Below, in pieces: positions 1-9,744 of a stretch of DNA of 64,000 nucleotides. The DNA comes from Candidatus Villigracilaceae bacterium (lineage in GTDB: Bacteria; Chloroflexota; Anaerolineae; Anaerolineales; Villigracilaceae): positions 44,047 through 108,046 of the forward strand of contig JAPKMP010000004.1 of NCBI GenBank assembly GCA_026645935.1. The letters are read 5' to 3'. Under the pieces are notes generated by a model. The model saw only the letters and a list, made by a program, of their open reading frames with translations, was not told the origin of the DNA and did not search any database. Each line of letters starts with the position of its first letter. Position 1 is the stretch's first letter. Position numbers and translations under genes: made by a program.

Positions 1-616
1 CAGTGGCGTCGCGGATGAATTGCGGCAGGATGCGCTTGACGAACAGCCATGCGATTGTCATGGTCAGCGGCGTGATGCCCGTCATCCAGAGCGGGAAGGC
101 GGTCTTGCCTGATGCCACAAAAATCGAAAACAAAATGGAGGCGATGACGACAAGAATCAGCAGTGGGGCATAGGCGATGATCAATATCTTCCTGTGCCGC
201 TGGATCATACCGGCAATGATCTGCTGAGACTCGTCTGCGACCATGTTCAACGCTTTGACGTATTCGCCCATGTAGAAAAAAGTTCCATGCACGAACGCGC
301 CGATCATGGAAGCAATTGCAAACAGCAGGAAAACGACAAGCCTGAGATTTTGATCTGTGCCTGCCAATCCCTGATAAACCTGCCAGAAACCGGCGAGCAC
401 CAGAGGAGTGGCAAACACGCCAAGCAGTGCGCCCCACATCATCCTTTGGGGAGAGTGGGTGACCATTCTCTCCGAATCGGAGAGCAGTTTTTGAAATGGC
501 TTCAGGCGGGGATAATCGTCCGGGTTGACCTTGCCTGCAAGCAGGAGAACGTCGCCAATTGCATAGATAAATGCGCCTGACACGGCAAGCAAACCGGTAA
601 TTTGAAGAATGCTCAC
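1..616 (-). CDS. integral membrane protein, function unknown (3' end runs off the left edge)
   Basis: Own minus-strand translation. GTG at 616-614 has GAGG about 9 nt upstream, then VSILQITGLLAVSGAFIYAIGDVLLLAGKVNPDDYPRLKPFQKLL... stays open to position 1 with several hydrophobic helices. It is not in the ORF track. The + ORF 194-580 is its antisense shadow. Confidence 0.6.
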   Translation of the reverse strand, partial: MSILQITGLLAVSGAFIYAIGDVLLLAGKVNPDDYPRLKPFQKLLSDSERMVTHSPQRMMWGALLGVFATPLVLAGFWQVYQGLAGTDQNLRLVVFLLFAIASMIGAFVHGTFFYMGEYVKALNMVADESQQIIAGMIQRHRKILIIAYAPLLILVVIASILFSIFVASGKTAFPLWMTGITPLTMTIAWLFVKRILPQFIRDAT

Positions 617-651
617 AATCTGAAAACCTCGCAACCCATAAAATTTAGTTA

Positions 652-672
652 AGACTAAATATATTTTAGTCT
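652..672. promoter_or_regulatory. candidate operator palindrome in a divergent promoter region
   Basis: agactaaa-tatat-tttagtct has 8-bp arms and a 5-nt spacer, between the divergent starts at 616 (-) and 685 (+). The overlapping tagtctagccta (667-678) matches 9/12 positions of the DasR/NagR-type box TGGTCTAGACCA as I remember it. Confidence 0.3.
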
Positions 673-684
673 AGCCTAAAAAAT

Positions 685-1755
685 ATGTCAAGGGGCAAAA
701 TGCCTTACAATCGACTCATGTCCCTCTTTTCCGAGATTTCCGAACAGCCGGAGCGAATCAAATATCTGCTTACCTCCCAACGGAAAAATGTCGAGCGCAT
801 AGCTGGTGAGATCCAAAAGCGAAACATTGAATATATTTTTCTCACCGCGCGAGGAACATCGGATAATGCCGGGCGGTATGCCAATTATCTGCTTGGCGCA
901 ATGAACGGACTCCCGCTGGCGCTGGCGACGCCTTCATTATTTACGTATTACAAAAAGCCGCCCAAATTAATAAATGCGCTGGTCGTCGGAATTTCGCAAT
1001 CGGGCAAGTCTCCGGATATTGTCAGCGTATTGGAGGAGGGAAAACGCCAGGGTTGCATGACTCTGGCGGTTACCAACGATGCCAAATCGCCGCTTGCGAG
1101 AACATCGGATTTCGTTCTCGATATTTATGCCGGGGAGGAAAAAGCGGTTGCCGCGACGAAAACGTATACAACCGAATTGACCGCGATTGCGATGCTTTCT
1201 GCGGCATTGAATGAAGATAAAAAAGCATGGAGCGAACTGGAGAAAATCTCCGTGTGGATGAAAGAAGCGTTGAAGCAAAGCAGTTTCATCGCAGAAGCAG
1301 TCCAACGCTACCGCTACATCGACCAGACCGTCGTGCTCGGACGAGGCTTCAATTACGCTACTGCGTTCGAATGGGCGTTGAAACTGAAGGAACTTACTTA
1401 CATCATCGCAGAGCCCTATTCCTCCGCCGATTTCGCGCACGGACCCATCGCCCTGGTCGAGAGCGGGTACCCGGTGTGCGCTGTCGCGGCGAGGGGCAAA
1501 GTTTTCAACTCCATGTTGGAAATGCTTAAGCGGCTCCATTCCGATATTTCCGCCGAATTGATCGTCATATCGAACGATAAAAGGGCGCTTTCACTGGCTC
1601 AAGTCCCGTTGAAGATTCCTATTGAGACGCCAGAATGGCTTTCTCCTTTGGTCGGTATTTTGCCGGCGCAATTGTTTGCATATCACCTGACAATTGCAAA
1701 AGGGTATGACACGGAACAGCCGCGGAGTATCCGAAAAGTGACCGAGACAAAGTAG
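685..1755 (+). CDS. SIS-domain sugar-phosphate isomerase/deaminase (GlmS isomerase-domain-like; FrlB/AgaS/NagB-II type)
   Basis: 356 aa with two SIS modules and the GISQSGKSPD loop. The C-terminal EQPRSIRKVTE resembles the GlmS tail. There is no glutaminase domain. Confidence 0.75.
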   Translation: MSRGKMPYNRLMSLFSEISEQPERIKYLLTSQRKNVERIAGEIQKRNIEYIFLTARGTSDNAGRYANYLLGAMNGLPLALATPSLFTYYKKPPKLINALVVGISQSGKSPDIVSVLEEGKRQGCMTLAVTNDAKSPLARTSDFVLDIYAGEEKAVAATKTYTTELTAIAMLSAALNEDKKAWSELEKISVWMKEALKQSSFIAEAVQRYRYIDQTVVLGRGFNYATAFEWALKLKELTYIIAEPYSSADFAHGPIALVESGYPVCAVAARGKVFNSMLEMLKRLHSDISAELIVISNDKRALSLAQVPLKIPIETPEWLSPLVGILPAQLFAYHLTIAKGYDTEQPRSIRKVTETK

Positions 1756-1816
1756 GGATAAGGCCGGTTTATTTTCTTAAAGATTATTCAACAAGGGGGG
1801 AAATGAAGCATAATGC

Positions 1817-2815
1817 ATGAAACCCCACCTCAGGAGCCGCATCATGCGCATTTGCGTTCTATCTGATGAAGAGATCAATTATTTCGACCCCTCGCCTTAT
1901 CTGACCGGGTACGATTGGAAGATGGTGACATTGACCGCGCCGGTCTTCGAAAAGATTCGAGCCCTCGCCGATTCGGGCGAATACGATGTTTATATGAACG
2001 TCTGCGAAGGATATGAATTCGAGGATCTGCAGGATGACGCTTTGGGATATCACGGCATCGAAGTCGTCCAGGCACTCGAGGCGCTCAACCTTCCCTTCAC
2101 CGGCGCGGACTCGCATTGCTTCGACCCGACGCGCGAAGAGATGCAAGCCGCAGCAGACGCGAACGGGATCGGGTTTGCGAAAGGGTACCGGGTGCATAAC
2201 GAGGCGGAAGCGGAGCGGCTTGTGAAGGACCTGCGTTATCCCGTCATGGTCAAGCATCCCAAAAGTTACGGCAGTACCGGCATGTTCAAGGAATCGCGCG
2301 CGGATACGCTCGAACAGGTATTGGCGCAAGTCAAACGAGTCTGCGCGGAATTCGGTGCGGCGCGCATGGAGGAATTCATCGTCGGGACGGAATACAACGT
2401 GCTTGTGGTCGATAACCCGAGAGACAAGGCGAATCCATTTGTTTACCCGCCTGCGCAATTGATCTTCCCCGATGGCGAAGAATTCTGGCATACCGACATC
2501 AAGTGGGATTACAACGTGCCATTCGATTTCAAGGAAGTGACCGAATCCGGATTGATAGCGCGTCTCCAGGATATGGGGATGCGCATGTTCCTCGCCATGG
2601 GAATTGCCGGATACGGCCGATGCGACATCCGCATGAATGATGCGGGGGAGTTGTTCATCCTGGAGATCAACCCCAATCCCGCCATCATGCTACCTCCCAA
2701 AGAATACGGTCCTGCGGATTATATGATCTTGTATGACCGGGATGGATACAAGGGTTTCTTCGACCGGATCATCGAGACGGCGTTCATCCGCCAAAAGATG
2801 CGGTCGGCAAAATAA
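1817..2815 (+). CDS. ATP-grasp enzyme, D-alanine--D-alanine ligase-like
   Basis: 332 aa with ATP-grasp-type motifs (VMVKHPKSYGSTGM, ILEINPNPAI). An alternative start MRICVLSDEE lies at 1847. Confidence 0.65.
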   Translation: MKPHLRSRIMRICVLSDEEINYFDPSPYLTGYDWKMVTLTAPVFEKIRALADSGEYDVYMNVCEGYEFEDLQDDALGYHGIEVVQALEALNLPFTGADSHCFDPTREEMQAAADANGIGFAKGYRVHNEAEAERLVKDLRYPVMVKHPKSYGSTGMFKESRADTLEQVLAQVKRVCAEFGAARMEEFIVGTEYNVLVVDNPRDKANPFVYPPAQLIFPDGEEFWHTDIKWDYNVPFDFKEVTESGLIARLQDMGMRMFLAMGIAGYGRCDIRMNDAGELFILEINPNPAIMLPPKEYGPADYMILYDRDGYKGFFDRIIETAFIRQKMRSAK

Positions 2816-2823
2816 ATCAAAAA

Positions 2824-2843
2824 GGATTCGCAGATGCGAATCC
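2824..2843. terminator. bidirectional intrinsic terminator between convergent genes
   Basis: ggattcgc-agat-gcgaatcc is an 8-bp stem flanked by an A-run upstream and TTTTTT downstream. Confidence 0.7.
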
Positions 2844-2863
2844 TTTTTTGTTTCTTTATGTGT

Positions 2864-3607
2864 TTACGGCTGACTGACCACAAGATTGTCGAATTGCGCC
2901 TCAGCATAGGGTTCCGCAGTTTCGAAGGAGATCGCGGCAAAGGCGATCGCGCCAGATGTCGAGCCGCCGGGGATGGTGGAGGCGGTTGCAACGACAGTGC
3001 CATTCACTTCGAGGATCAGTTCGCTGCCATTGCAAGTGGCGCGAATGTGATTGGCGGCATTGCCCTGTTTGACGGCGCCCGATGAAGTCCAATCCACAAG
3101 CGCGGTCATATTGCTGTCGGTAATGCTGCGGATGGTGTAGTACCCATCTCCGCTGATGGCAAGCATGTAACCGTCCACCGAGGTATCTTCGGCTTCGACG
3201 AGTCGGCAGGCTACGCCGAACCCGGCATTGTCGTTCGAAGGTCCCGCGATCATGGTCACATCCACATCGATGACCGTGTCGGCAAATTCGGAATTGCTCC
3301 TGCCCCATTGCCAGACATCGCCGGAAGACCGCACCACATAGACGCCGTTTTCGGTACCCGCGCTCCCATCATCGCTGGAATACTCTTCCATCTCTGCGCT
3401 ATCCGAACTGAAATCGTCGCTAATCAAAATATTAGCCGGGATTTGAGGGATTTCAATCTGCGGCTCCTCGGTAGCGGGCACAAAGGGCAGGCCCGGTGTG
3501 GGCGATTCTTCCCCGCCGCCGGGAATCAAACCCGAAACCGGGCAGGCACATGCCAGCAAGACGATCGCAGCGATAAGACCAAGGGTTAATTGATTTCTTT
3601 TGCTCAT
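2864..3607 (-). CDS. secreted protein or probable lipoprotein with a C-terminal beta-sandwich (LamG/DUF1080-like) domain
   Basis: 247 aa. It has an N-terminal signal peptide with LLAC, an acidic linker, then a beta-rich domain (GYMLAISGDGYYTIRS). Confidence 0.55.
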   Translation of the reverse strand: MSKRNQLTLGLIAAIVLLACACPVSGLIPGGGEESPTPGLPFVPATEEPQIEIPQIPANILISDDFSSDSAEMEEYSSDDGSAGTENGVYVVRSSGDVWQWGRSNSEFADTVIDVDVTMIAGPSNDNAGFGVACRLVEAEDTSVDGYMLAISGDGYYTIRSITDSNMTALVDWTSSGAVKQGNAANHIRATCNGSELILEVNGTVVATASTIPGGSTSGAIAFAAISFETAEPYAEAQFDNLVVSQP

Positions 3608-3669
3608 CTTTTCTCCTGTTTTATTGCGATTATAGTCATGTCATGCTTCATACCAAGAACCCTTTGGTA

Positions 3670-5118
3670 CTAGAATGGTCCATATTGAATGGCGACGCCG
3701 ATGGCAAGGAACATCAGCGAAGCAAGAATGACCCAGACCCACAGACCCATGACCCATCTCAGCCATTTTGGATAGGTCACAGCTGTCAGACCGAGACAGA
3801 TTAAAAGCACCGCGCTGGTGGGATAGGCGAGGTTCGAAAAGCCATCACCGAAGACGTAAGCAAGGACGGCCGTCTGACGCGTGACTCCGACCAGGTCTGC
3901 GAGAGGGACGAGGATGGGCATCAACAAAAAGGCTTTTGCCGAGCCGCTCGAGACAAAGAACTCAATGACAAGGGTGAGTCCGTAGATCAGGATCGCCGCT
4001 GTGAACGGGTTTGAGCCTTGAAATGCATGCGCTGCGTTATAAAGGATCGTGTCTAGGATTCCGCCCGACGCAATGATGTACTTGACGCTTGCCGCCATGA
4101 GGATCAACGGGATGGCGGGAGCGATTCCCGCCAAGCCTTCGCCTGCCGCCTTCCATGCGGCTTTTCCCACGCCGGAAATGAGTCCCGAGCCGATGCCCGC
4201 GATCAGAAACAGCAAACCGACAATTGGCAATGCCAGGTCGCTGATGACCGGGATGAATGGACCTGCAAATAGCGTCACGAAGATCGACGCGACACACACC
4301 AACAGAAAAATAATCGCAGGTGTGGTGCGCGGGTTTTCATGTGAAATCGCGTCAGCCGCAAAATGAGTGTACTTTGCGCGGGTGGCTTGTTCCTCTTCGT
4401 ATACAGGGGAGGCTTTGGCATTCGCCTCCACTTTGCGGGCATGGCGGGTGAGGAAGACAGCCAGCATTGCGTAGAAGAATATAAAGATGACGATACGATA
4501 ACCCGACCCCGAAAAGGCTGGCAGTTTGGCGATTCCCTGCGCCACGCCGATGGTGAAGGGGTTGGTGATGGCGGCGGAGAATCCCATGTTCGTCGCAAGA
4601 ATGGACATCCCCAGCCCCGTCAGTGTATCCCATCCGAGCGAGTACGCAAGCGCGATCATCAATGGAACGAGCGGCACGACCTCCTCGAAGATGCCGAAAA
4701 ATGCGCCGAGCGCCATATAGAAAAAGGTAATGACCAGCAACAAAAAATACTTCTGATTTTCGAACCGGCGCACGATACGCGCCAGCGCCGCCTTGAGGAT
4801 TCCGCTTTTATCCATGACGGCGAAGGCAATGCCGACCATCAGAATAAAAACCGTGATGACGATCACGGTCAAACCATCTGGACCGGTCACCAATTCGAGC
4901 GGGGCGATGAACCAGCGCCAGATGGGATAGTCCGGTTTCTCCGTAAATTCGAACGAGTCCGGGACGATGATTTCGCGCCCGTCCGCTTCCATCCGCTGAA
5001 ATTGGCCGGCTGGAACGACGAGTGTGAGAATTCCGGCGGCGATCATCAACGCCAGGAGGATGACCACCGATTGAATGAACGCCTTGCGGCTGATCTGCGC
5101 GCCTGACTTTTCTTCCAT
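3670..5118 (-). CDS. YfcC-family (DcuC-like) anion/amino-acid transporter
   Basis: Polytopic membrane ORF. The N-terminus MEEKSGAQISRKAFIQSVVILLALMIAAGILT is typical of YfcC proteins. I chose ATG 5118 because AAGGAG sits 8 nt upstream. The track start is 5136. Confidence 0.7.
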   Translation of the reverse strand: MEEKSGAQISRKAFIQSVVILLALMIAAGILTLVVPAGQFQRMEADGREIIVPDSFEFTEKPDYPIWRWFIAPLELVTGPDGLTVIVITVFILMVGIAFAVMDKSGILKAALARIVRRFENQKYFLLLVITFFYMALGAFFGIFEEVVPLVPLMIALAYSLGWDTLTGLGMSILATNMGFSAAITNPFTIGVAQGIAKLPAFSGSGYRIVIFIFFYAMLAVFLTRHARKVEANAKASPVYEEEQATRAKYTHFAADAISHENPRTTPAIIFLLVCVASIFVTLFAGPFIPVISDLALPIVGLLFLIAGIGSGLISGVGKAAWKAAGEGLAGIAPAIPLILMAASVKYIIASGGILDTILYNAAHAFQGSNPFTAAILIYGLTLVIEFFVSSGSAKAFLLMPILVPLADLVGVTRQTAVLAYVFGDGFSNLAYPTSAVLLICLGLTAVTYPKWLRWVMGLWVWVILASLMFLAIGVAIQYGPF

Positions 5119-5140
5119 AATCGATTCTCCTTTCATCCCT

Positions 5141-5536
5141 TTATGCGAGCGAGTTTATATAATCCAGCACAGACTTCGCTTCGTCGCCGCCCGCCTCGGC
5201 ATGGGCGATGAGCGGGATCCCATGCGGTCCCGGCGTTTTGAGCGCGTCGGGATAAGCAGTGAGTGCGGCTTTGACCACTTCCAACCTTCCAAGCATGGCG
5301 GCGGCGAAGATATCGAGCCGTGCGCCGTGTTCGAGAAGATAATTGGCGATTTTTTTATCGCCCATGTGGGATGCCGCGCCGAGCGCTGTTTCAAAATCGC
5401 CGCCGCCCCAATCCCAGGTCGCGTTGACGAGGGCGGGCTGTGCTTCGAGCATCTCCTTCACACGGGCAAAATTCCCATGTGCAACGCCTACAAATTCCTC
5501 CACAAGTTTCGATTCTAAAGCCGGTTTATTTTCCAT
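5141..5536 (-). CDS. ankyrin-repeat protein
   Basis: 131 aa with tandem ankyrin-like repeats (TALGAASHMGDKKIANYLLEHGARLD; AAAMLGRLEVVKAAL). Confidence 0.7.
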   Translation of the reverse strand: MENKPALESKLVEEFVGVAHGNFARVKEMLEAQPALVNATWDWGGGDFETALGAASHMGDKKIANYLLEHGARLDIFAAAMLGRLEVVKAALTAYPDALKTPGPHGIPLIAHAEAGGDEAKSVLDYINSLA

Positions 5537-5567
5537 GCGAATTCTCCATTAATAAAGATTGATCAAG

Positions 5568-5735
5568 TCACTTTCTGCGCGGTCTCAACCATCTTCCGCC
5601 CAGGACAAGCGAGATCAAAACAAATGCAACTGCCGCCCACGAGAAGATGGTGTTGTCGCTGGCGATGCCGATGACGAGGAAGATCATCCCGAGGATCAGC
5701 AGATAGCCGGATACCTTGCGTTTATTGATGTTCAT
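5568..5735 (-). CDS. small hydrophobic protein (55 aa), hypothetical
   Basis: Own translation: MNINKRKVSGYLLILGMIFLVIGIASDNTIFSWAAVAFVLISLVLGGRWLRPRRK. It has two hydrophobic helices and an AAGGA about 12 nt upstream. It is below the track's size cutoff. Confidence 0.35.
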   Translation of the reverse strand: MNINKRKVSGYLLILGMIFLVIGIASDNTIFSWAAVAFVLISLVLGGRWLRPRRK

Positions 5736-5761
5736 TCCGGTCGAATTCCTTGATAATTCTA

Positions 5762-7138
5762 TTATTGGTAAACCTTCACTTCGGAGTACGGGCTTGGGTT
5801 ATCAAACAAGCCTGAAGGGTTATCTCTCAAAGTCAACTCGAAGAAATCGATCAGGTAATTGTTCACGATCTCGGTCACGCGCTTTCCATTCAAAGGACCT
5901 TTAAGACCCAGTTGCGGCGCGATGGGTGAGAAGAGCGGCAGGTCGCTGAAATCGTAATGCCTCGTGCCGTCGATGACAATGACGCCGAGATTATTTTGAT
6001 TATGGGGATTGAACTCGCGAAAGAGGCGGTTATTTTTGCTGTCGGTTATATCCGCCCAAGCCTGCGAAAACATAAAGAAGGACGGCATGGGCAAACCGCT
6101 TTCGATGACTTCGGCGGAGACAGGACGCATGAACGGGTCCATGCCGAGGACGGATCGACAGCGCGAATCGATTCCGCAGAACTGGATCGCCGCGCCTCCA
6201 CCCGTCGAATGGCCGTATGCGCCGACCCGGGCTGAGTCCACGCTGGAGGCGAATGGGTTGCTGTCATCTGCAGACAAGATCAAATCCAGGGTGTGACTCA
6301 TATCGCCAGCCCATTGACCCGCAAGAATGCGCGCAACCTCTTCGTAGTTCGGGTCGTCTGCATCTGAGGGTAGGGCGTTCGGGTTGTTTGGCGCAATCGA
6401 CCCATCGGGGAAGACCGTGACGACCGCCCCATACGTGTGTTGAATTCCGATCACGATGTAGCCGTGACTGGCGAGTTCCAATGCCTGACCGGCGTTCTGC
6501 GCGTTGAATCCGTTCCAGCCGTGCGAGAACAATATGACAGGAAATTTTTCGGCGGAAGCTGCAACGTCCGCGTTCTTGTATGCGGGGATTTGCGCGAGTG
6601 CGAGATGATCGAGAAAGAAGGAGGGTAGATCGATGTATGTGGCAATGGCGGGAGCAAAGATATCGGCGCGTTCCATCCAGGAAGCGCGATCATCCGTCGC
6701 TTTGACGTCGGCGGGATACCAGACTTGAATCATGTATCGCCGCGGCTCGTCTTTGCCGGAGTAAAGTTCCCTGCGCGATTCATCCACCATTTCGAGGATC
6801 CGCGTTCCGACTTGAAAGGGTCCGCTTGGGGCGGGGATGCGGGGAACCGGCAGCAGAATGGGTAAAGCGGTCGAAACAGCGACCAGGACCAACGTCAGGT
6901 AGGAGGCGGTGGATTTCCAATCGCTTGTTCCGAAGATTTTTGTCAACGCGCTGATGGCAAGCAGGGATGCCAGCGCATAGAGCGGAATCATCTGCCAGCG
7001 GTAGCCTTCGACGGCGAAATGAATCAGCGTGACGAGAAGAGCCAGCGCGGGCAGGAGTCGAACGGCGAGGGGGCGCGGATGACTCCATGCAAGATACAGT
7101 GTCAAAAAAGACGGGATGAGAATTTCGAGGGGGCGCAT
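5762..7138 (-). CDS. membrane-anchored alpha/beta hydrolase (PAF-acetylhydrolase/lipase-like)
   Basis: 458 aa with about 4 N-terminal TM helices, then a hydrolase fold with the nucleophile elbow GHSTGG. Confidence 0.6.
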   Translation of the reverse strand: MRPLEILIPSFLTLYLAWSHPRPLAVRLLPALALLVTLIHFAVEGYRWQMIPLYALASLLAISALTKIFGTSDWKSTASYLTLVLVAVSTALPILLPVPRIPAPSGPFQVGTRILEMVDESRRELYSGKDEPRRYMIQVWYPADVKATDDRASWMERADIFAPAIATYIDLPSFFLDHLALAQIPAYKNADVAASAEKFPVILFSHGWNGFNAQNAGQALELASHGYIVIGIQHTYGAVVTVFPDGSIAPNNPNALPSDADDPNYEEVARILAGQWAGDMSHTLDLILSADDSNPFASSVDSARVGAYGHSTGGGAAIQFCGIDSRCRSVLGMDPFMRPVSAEVIESGLPMPSFFMFSQAWADITDSKNNRLFREFNPHNQNNLGVIVIDGTRHYDFSDLPLFSPIAPQLGLKGPLNGKRVTEIVNNYLIDFFELTLRDNPSGLFDNPSPYSEVKVYQ

Positions 7139-7779
7139 TACGAAATTGCCACACCCAGGACGGCAATGAAATGCGCCAGCGCGGCGAGCAAAACAAAAAT
7201 GTGCCAGACTTCATGGAAGCCGAAGACGCCGGGTTTGAAGTTGAAGATCTTGGTGATGTACACAACCGCGCCCAGGGTGTACGTGACGCCGCCGATGAGC
7301 ATCCAGACCAGCACCCAGACGGGAAGCGCGTTCAACATCTCGCCGATGGCGGTCATGCTCAACCAGCCCATCACGATGTAGATGCCCGCGTTGAGCCAGC
7401 GCGGCGCGCGGACGATGAATATTTTTACGACGATGCCGATAATGGCAAGAGACCAGATGATGCTCAACATGCCCCACTTCCAGAAACCATCGAAAGCGTT
7501 GACACAAAAGGGAGTATAGGTTCCGGCGATCAGGACATAAATGGCGGCATGGTCGATCTTGCGGAAGATTTCGAGCGCTTTATCTTTGACCTGCACCATG
7601 TGATAGGTGGCGCTGGCGGAGAACAAAAATACCAGGCTGACCCCATAGATGGCGAGTGAAATGATCTTGGCGGGCGTGCTCCAACCGACGATGAGCAGGG
7701 CGACCAGACCGATGAGAGCGAGGACCGCTCCCGCCCAATGCGTGAGGCTGTTGACAGGTTCGCGTAATTTCTTGAGCAT
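7138..7779 (-). CDS. hemolysin III / PAQR-family membrane protein
   Basis: 213 aa with 7 TM helices. Motifs are SATYH, DHAAIYVLIAGTYTP and HEVWHIFVLLAALAHF. There is a 1-nt stop/start overlap with the downstream hydrolase. Confidence 0.85.
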   Translation of the reverse strand: MLKKLREPVNSLTHWAGAVLALIGLVALLIVGWSTPAKIISLAIYGVSLVFLFSASATYHMVQVKDKALEIFRKIDHAAIYVLIAGTYTPFCVNAFDGFWKWGMLSIIWSLAIIGIVVKIFIVRAPRWLNAGIYIVMGWLSMTAIGEMLNALPVWVLVWMLIGGVTYTLGAVVYITKIFNFKPGVFGFHEVWHIFVLLAALAHFIAVLGVAIS

Positions 7780-8131
7780 GATATTTTCCTTTGAAAATGT
7801 ATTGTACCAAAGGAAAATATATTGCCGCTAAGCGGTGGGTGGAGTTAAGAGTAGCAATTGCCCCCTTCGCCGTCCTTCGACCGGCTCAGGACAAGCCATG
7901 GCGAAGGATATCCCTGGTCAAGTTATGTTGGCTATGTTCGGACCAAGCCGCAAGAACAAAACGCGAATTCCGCTAATCATGCGAATATTTCGCGGAATTC
8001 GTCGCATTCACGCCATTCGCATTAAGAATTTTCTCCCACTTGCCGGACGGCGGCACATCTCTTGCACATGAGTTGCCGTCAATTTTTAGGCTCTGTTGCA
8101 AAGAAGTCACAGAGCAATTCTCAAATTGATA

Positions 8132-8470
8132 TCAACTCCCCCACCATTGTAACAAGCCAAAGGAGAATTCACCTGCCTCCTCGTTCATACCCCGTTCCAC
8201 TCGTCCTGTTTGGACGCTGGCGGCAAGTTGCGACAGGATCTGTGGCGAGGCAAAACCATAGATCAACGCATCTTTGGCTGTTTCTGCGCTCAGGATCCAG
8301 GCGGTCAACCCGCCTACACCTACAAGCAGAAGTGTCCCCAGCCAGAAATTCAACTTTCTCAGATAATTTGGAAGGCGAATCTTGCGCCTGTTTCGGATGA
8401 TGCGCAGGACATCCGGGAGCAGACCACCCAGACAGCCAAACAGGAAAAGGGGTAAATCAAATGCAGGCAT
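8132..8470 (-). CDS. small two-TM membrane protein, hypothetical (third gene of the CHAT module)
   Basis: 112 aa with two hydrophobic helices separated by a basic loop (RIIRNRRKIRLPNYLRK). It starts 21 nt after the lipoprotein gene. Confidence 0.55.
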   Translation of the reverse strand: MPAFDLPLFLFGCLGGLLPDVLRIIRNRRKIRLPNYLRKLNFWLGTLLLVGVGGLTAWILSAETAKDALIYGFASPQILSQLAASVQTGRVERGMNEEAGEFSFGLLQWWGS

Positions 8471-8491
8471 GGTTCCTCCGTGAATCGTCGA

Positions 8492-9688
8492 TTAGTATCC
8501 GCTCAATACGAGGATGGGTAGGTTCGTTGCTTCCAGTTCGGCAAAAACCGCCTCTGCGTTGTCCGGGTTGAACGATTGGATATTGACCACAAACCTCTGG
8601 TAAGCCCTCAACTCATCTGCAATGGCAAAGGCAAGATCTGCAAGGCCGGGGATGCTCTCGTCATATACGAGAAAGATTTCCAGTTCGGTCGGATAGCCAG
8701 CCTCATCCAATAGCCTCCTCGCATTTTCCGTATCATAAGGGATCGAGCGCAAATCCAATGTCTCCCCATGTGCTTCGAATGCGCTGGGCATGGGAACATC
8801 AGGGAAGATTTGCCCCAACTTCACCCAATCGATAAAGTTAATGGCTGCTTCTGTAACGCGGAAATCCTCTGGCTGATCGGTTAGCCAGCGAAGACCCAAC
8901 ACAATGGGTTCAGGCAATGGGACCATCGGCAAGCCCTGGCTACGCAAAATCAGGTTGGCGCTCTGGATTTGCCGCACCTGGTCCATTGACTCGATGGGAC
9001 CAATCATCTGTTCAAAATCAACTTCCACGCCCGGAGGAAAACCAAAGAAACCCTCTGCTTGTTCGCGGAACTCGTTCGTCACCGCATAAGCGGCCAGGCC
9101 GGGATGGACTTCGAACACCTGGTCGGGCTGGTCAGTGGGTGTCACCTCTGCCACTCCTTCAGAACTGAGAACAACAGCCACTTCCAATTCACGATACTCG
9201 ATAATCGTAACCATAGTTCCCTTGAAGACGACGCTGGCCGGCAAGGTCACAGCCCGAATGCCGCAGTTGTTCAATAGCCAGGTGGAAGCGTTTGTGCAAC
9301 CTTGTCCCGTTGTACCCTTTGGGCAGGTCGTGATCGCTTCGCTTAGAACGCCTGCGGAACTTTGTTGAAATACATAAACGGTGCAGGTATTGCTGGGATA
9401 ATCCTTCCTCATCTTACCCTGACCATTTGAATCAGTAGTGACATAACCGTTGACCACGATCTTTTTCCAGGTATTGGTCAAAAGATCCACCTGCGATGTA
9501 GAAATCGTCGAGCCCCACACTTTGTTGTACAAACCGTATCGCTGCGCCTCCCATCCTGTTTTGGTGACCTGCACACCGGGCTGGGGAGCCGGACCGCACC
9601 CACCCGTCAGAGCAAAGATGACGATCAACATCAGCCAGAGAATTGCCCGGTGTAGATCGAAATCGCGCCGTTGAATTTGATTTTTCAT
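8492..9688 (-). CDS. lipoprotein, hypothetical, with a C-terminal segment resembling family-5 solute-binding proteins
   Basis: 398 aa with a signal peptide and lipobox LTGGC. The C-terminal NARRLLDEAGYPTELEIFLVYDES...IADELRAYQRFVVNIQSF resembles an SBP_bac_5 segment. Confidence 0.55.
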   Translation of the reverse strand: MKNQIQRRDFDLHRAILWLMLIVIFALTGGCGPAPQPGVQVTKTGWEAQRYGLYNKVWGSTISTSQVDLLTNTWKKIVVNGYVTTDSNGQGKMRKDYPSNTCTVYVFQQSSAGVLSEAITTCPKGTTGQGCTNASTWLLNNCGIRAVTLPASVVFKGTMVTIIEYRELEVAVVLSSEGVAEVTPTDQPDQVFEVHPGLAAYAVTNEFREQAEGFFGFPPGVEVDFEQMIGPIESMDQVRQIQSANLILRSQGLPMVPLPEPIVLGLRWLTDQPEDFRVTEAAINFIDWVKLGQIFPDVPMPSAFEAHGETLDLRSIPYDTENARRLLDEAGYPTELEIFLVYDESIPGLADLAFAIADELRAYQRFVVNIQSFNPDNAEAVFAELEATNLPILVLSGY

Positions 9689-9744
9689 AATCAGGACTCC
9701 TTTCTCAATCCTTTATTACGAAAACATGCGCCTCAAAATCCGCC

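Noticed and set aside
194-580. A 128-aa + strand ORF at the left edge.
   Set aside because: The opposite strand encodes a continuous hydrophobic membrane protein with an RBS and a GTG start at 616. The + ORF translation is His/Cys/Gln-rich with no motif.
7780-8131. Short GC-rich hairpin (ccttcgcc...ggcgaagg, 7863-7906) and cgcgaattc/gcgaat-rich motifs. Similar-looking stretches lie at 16420-16470 and 26870-26960.
   Set aside because: The three stretches do not align convincingly at the nucleotide level by eye. I cannot support a repeat family without a genome-wide search.
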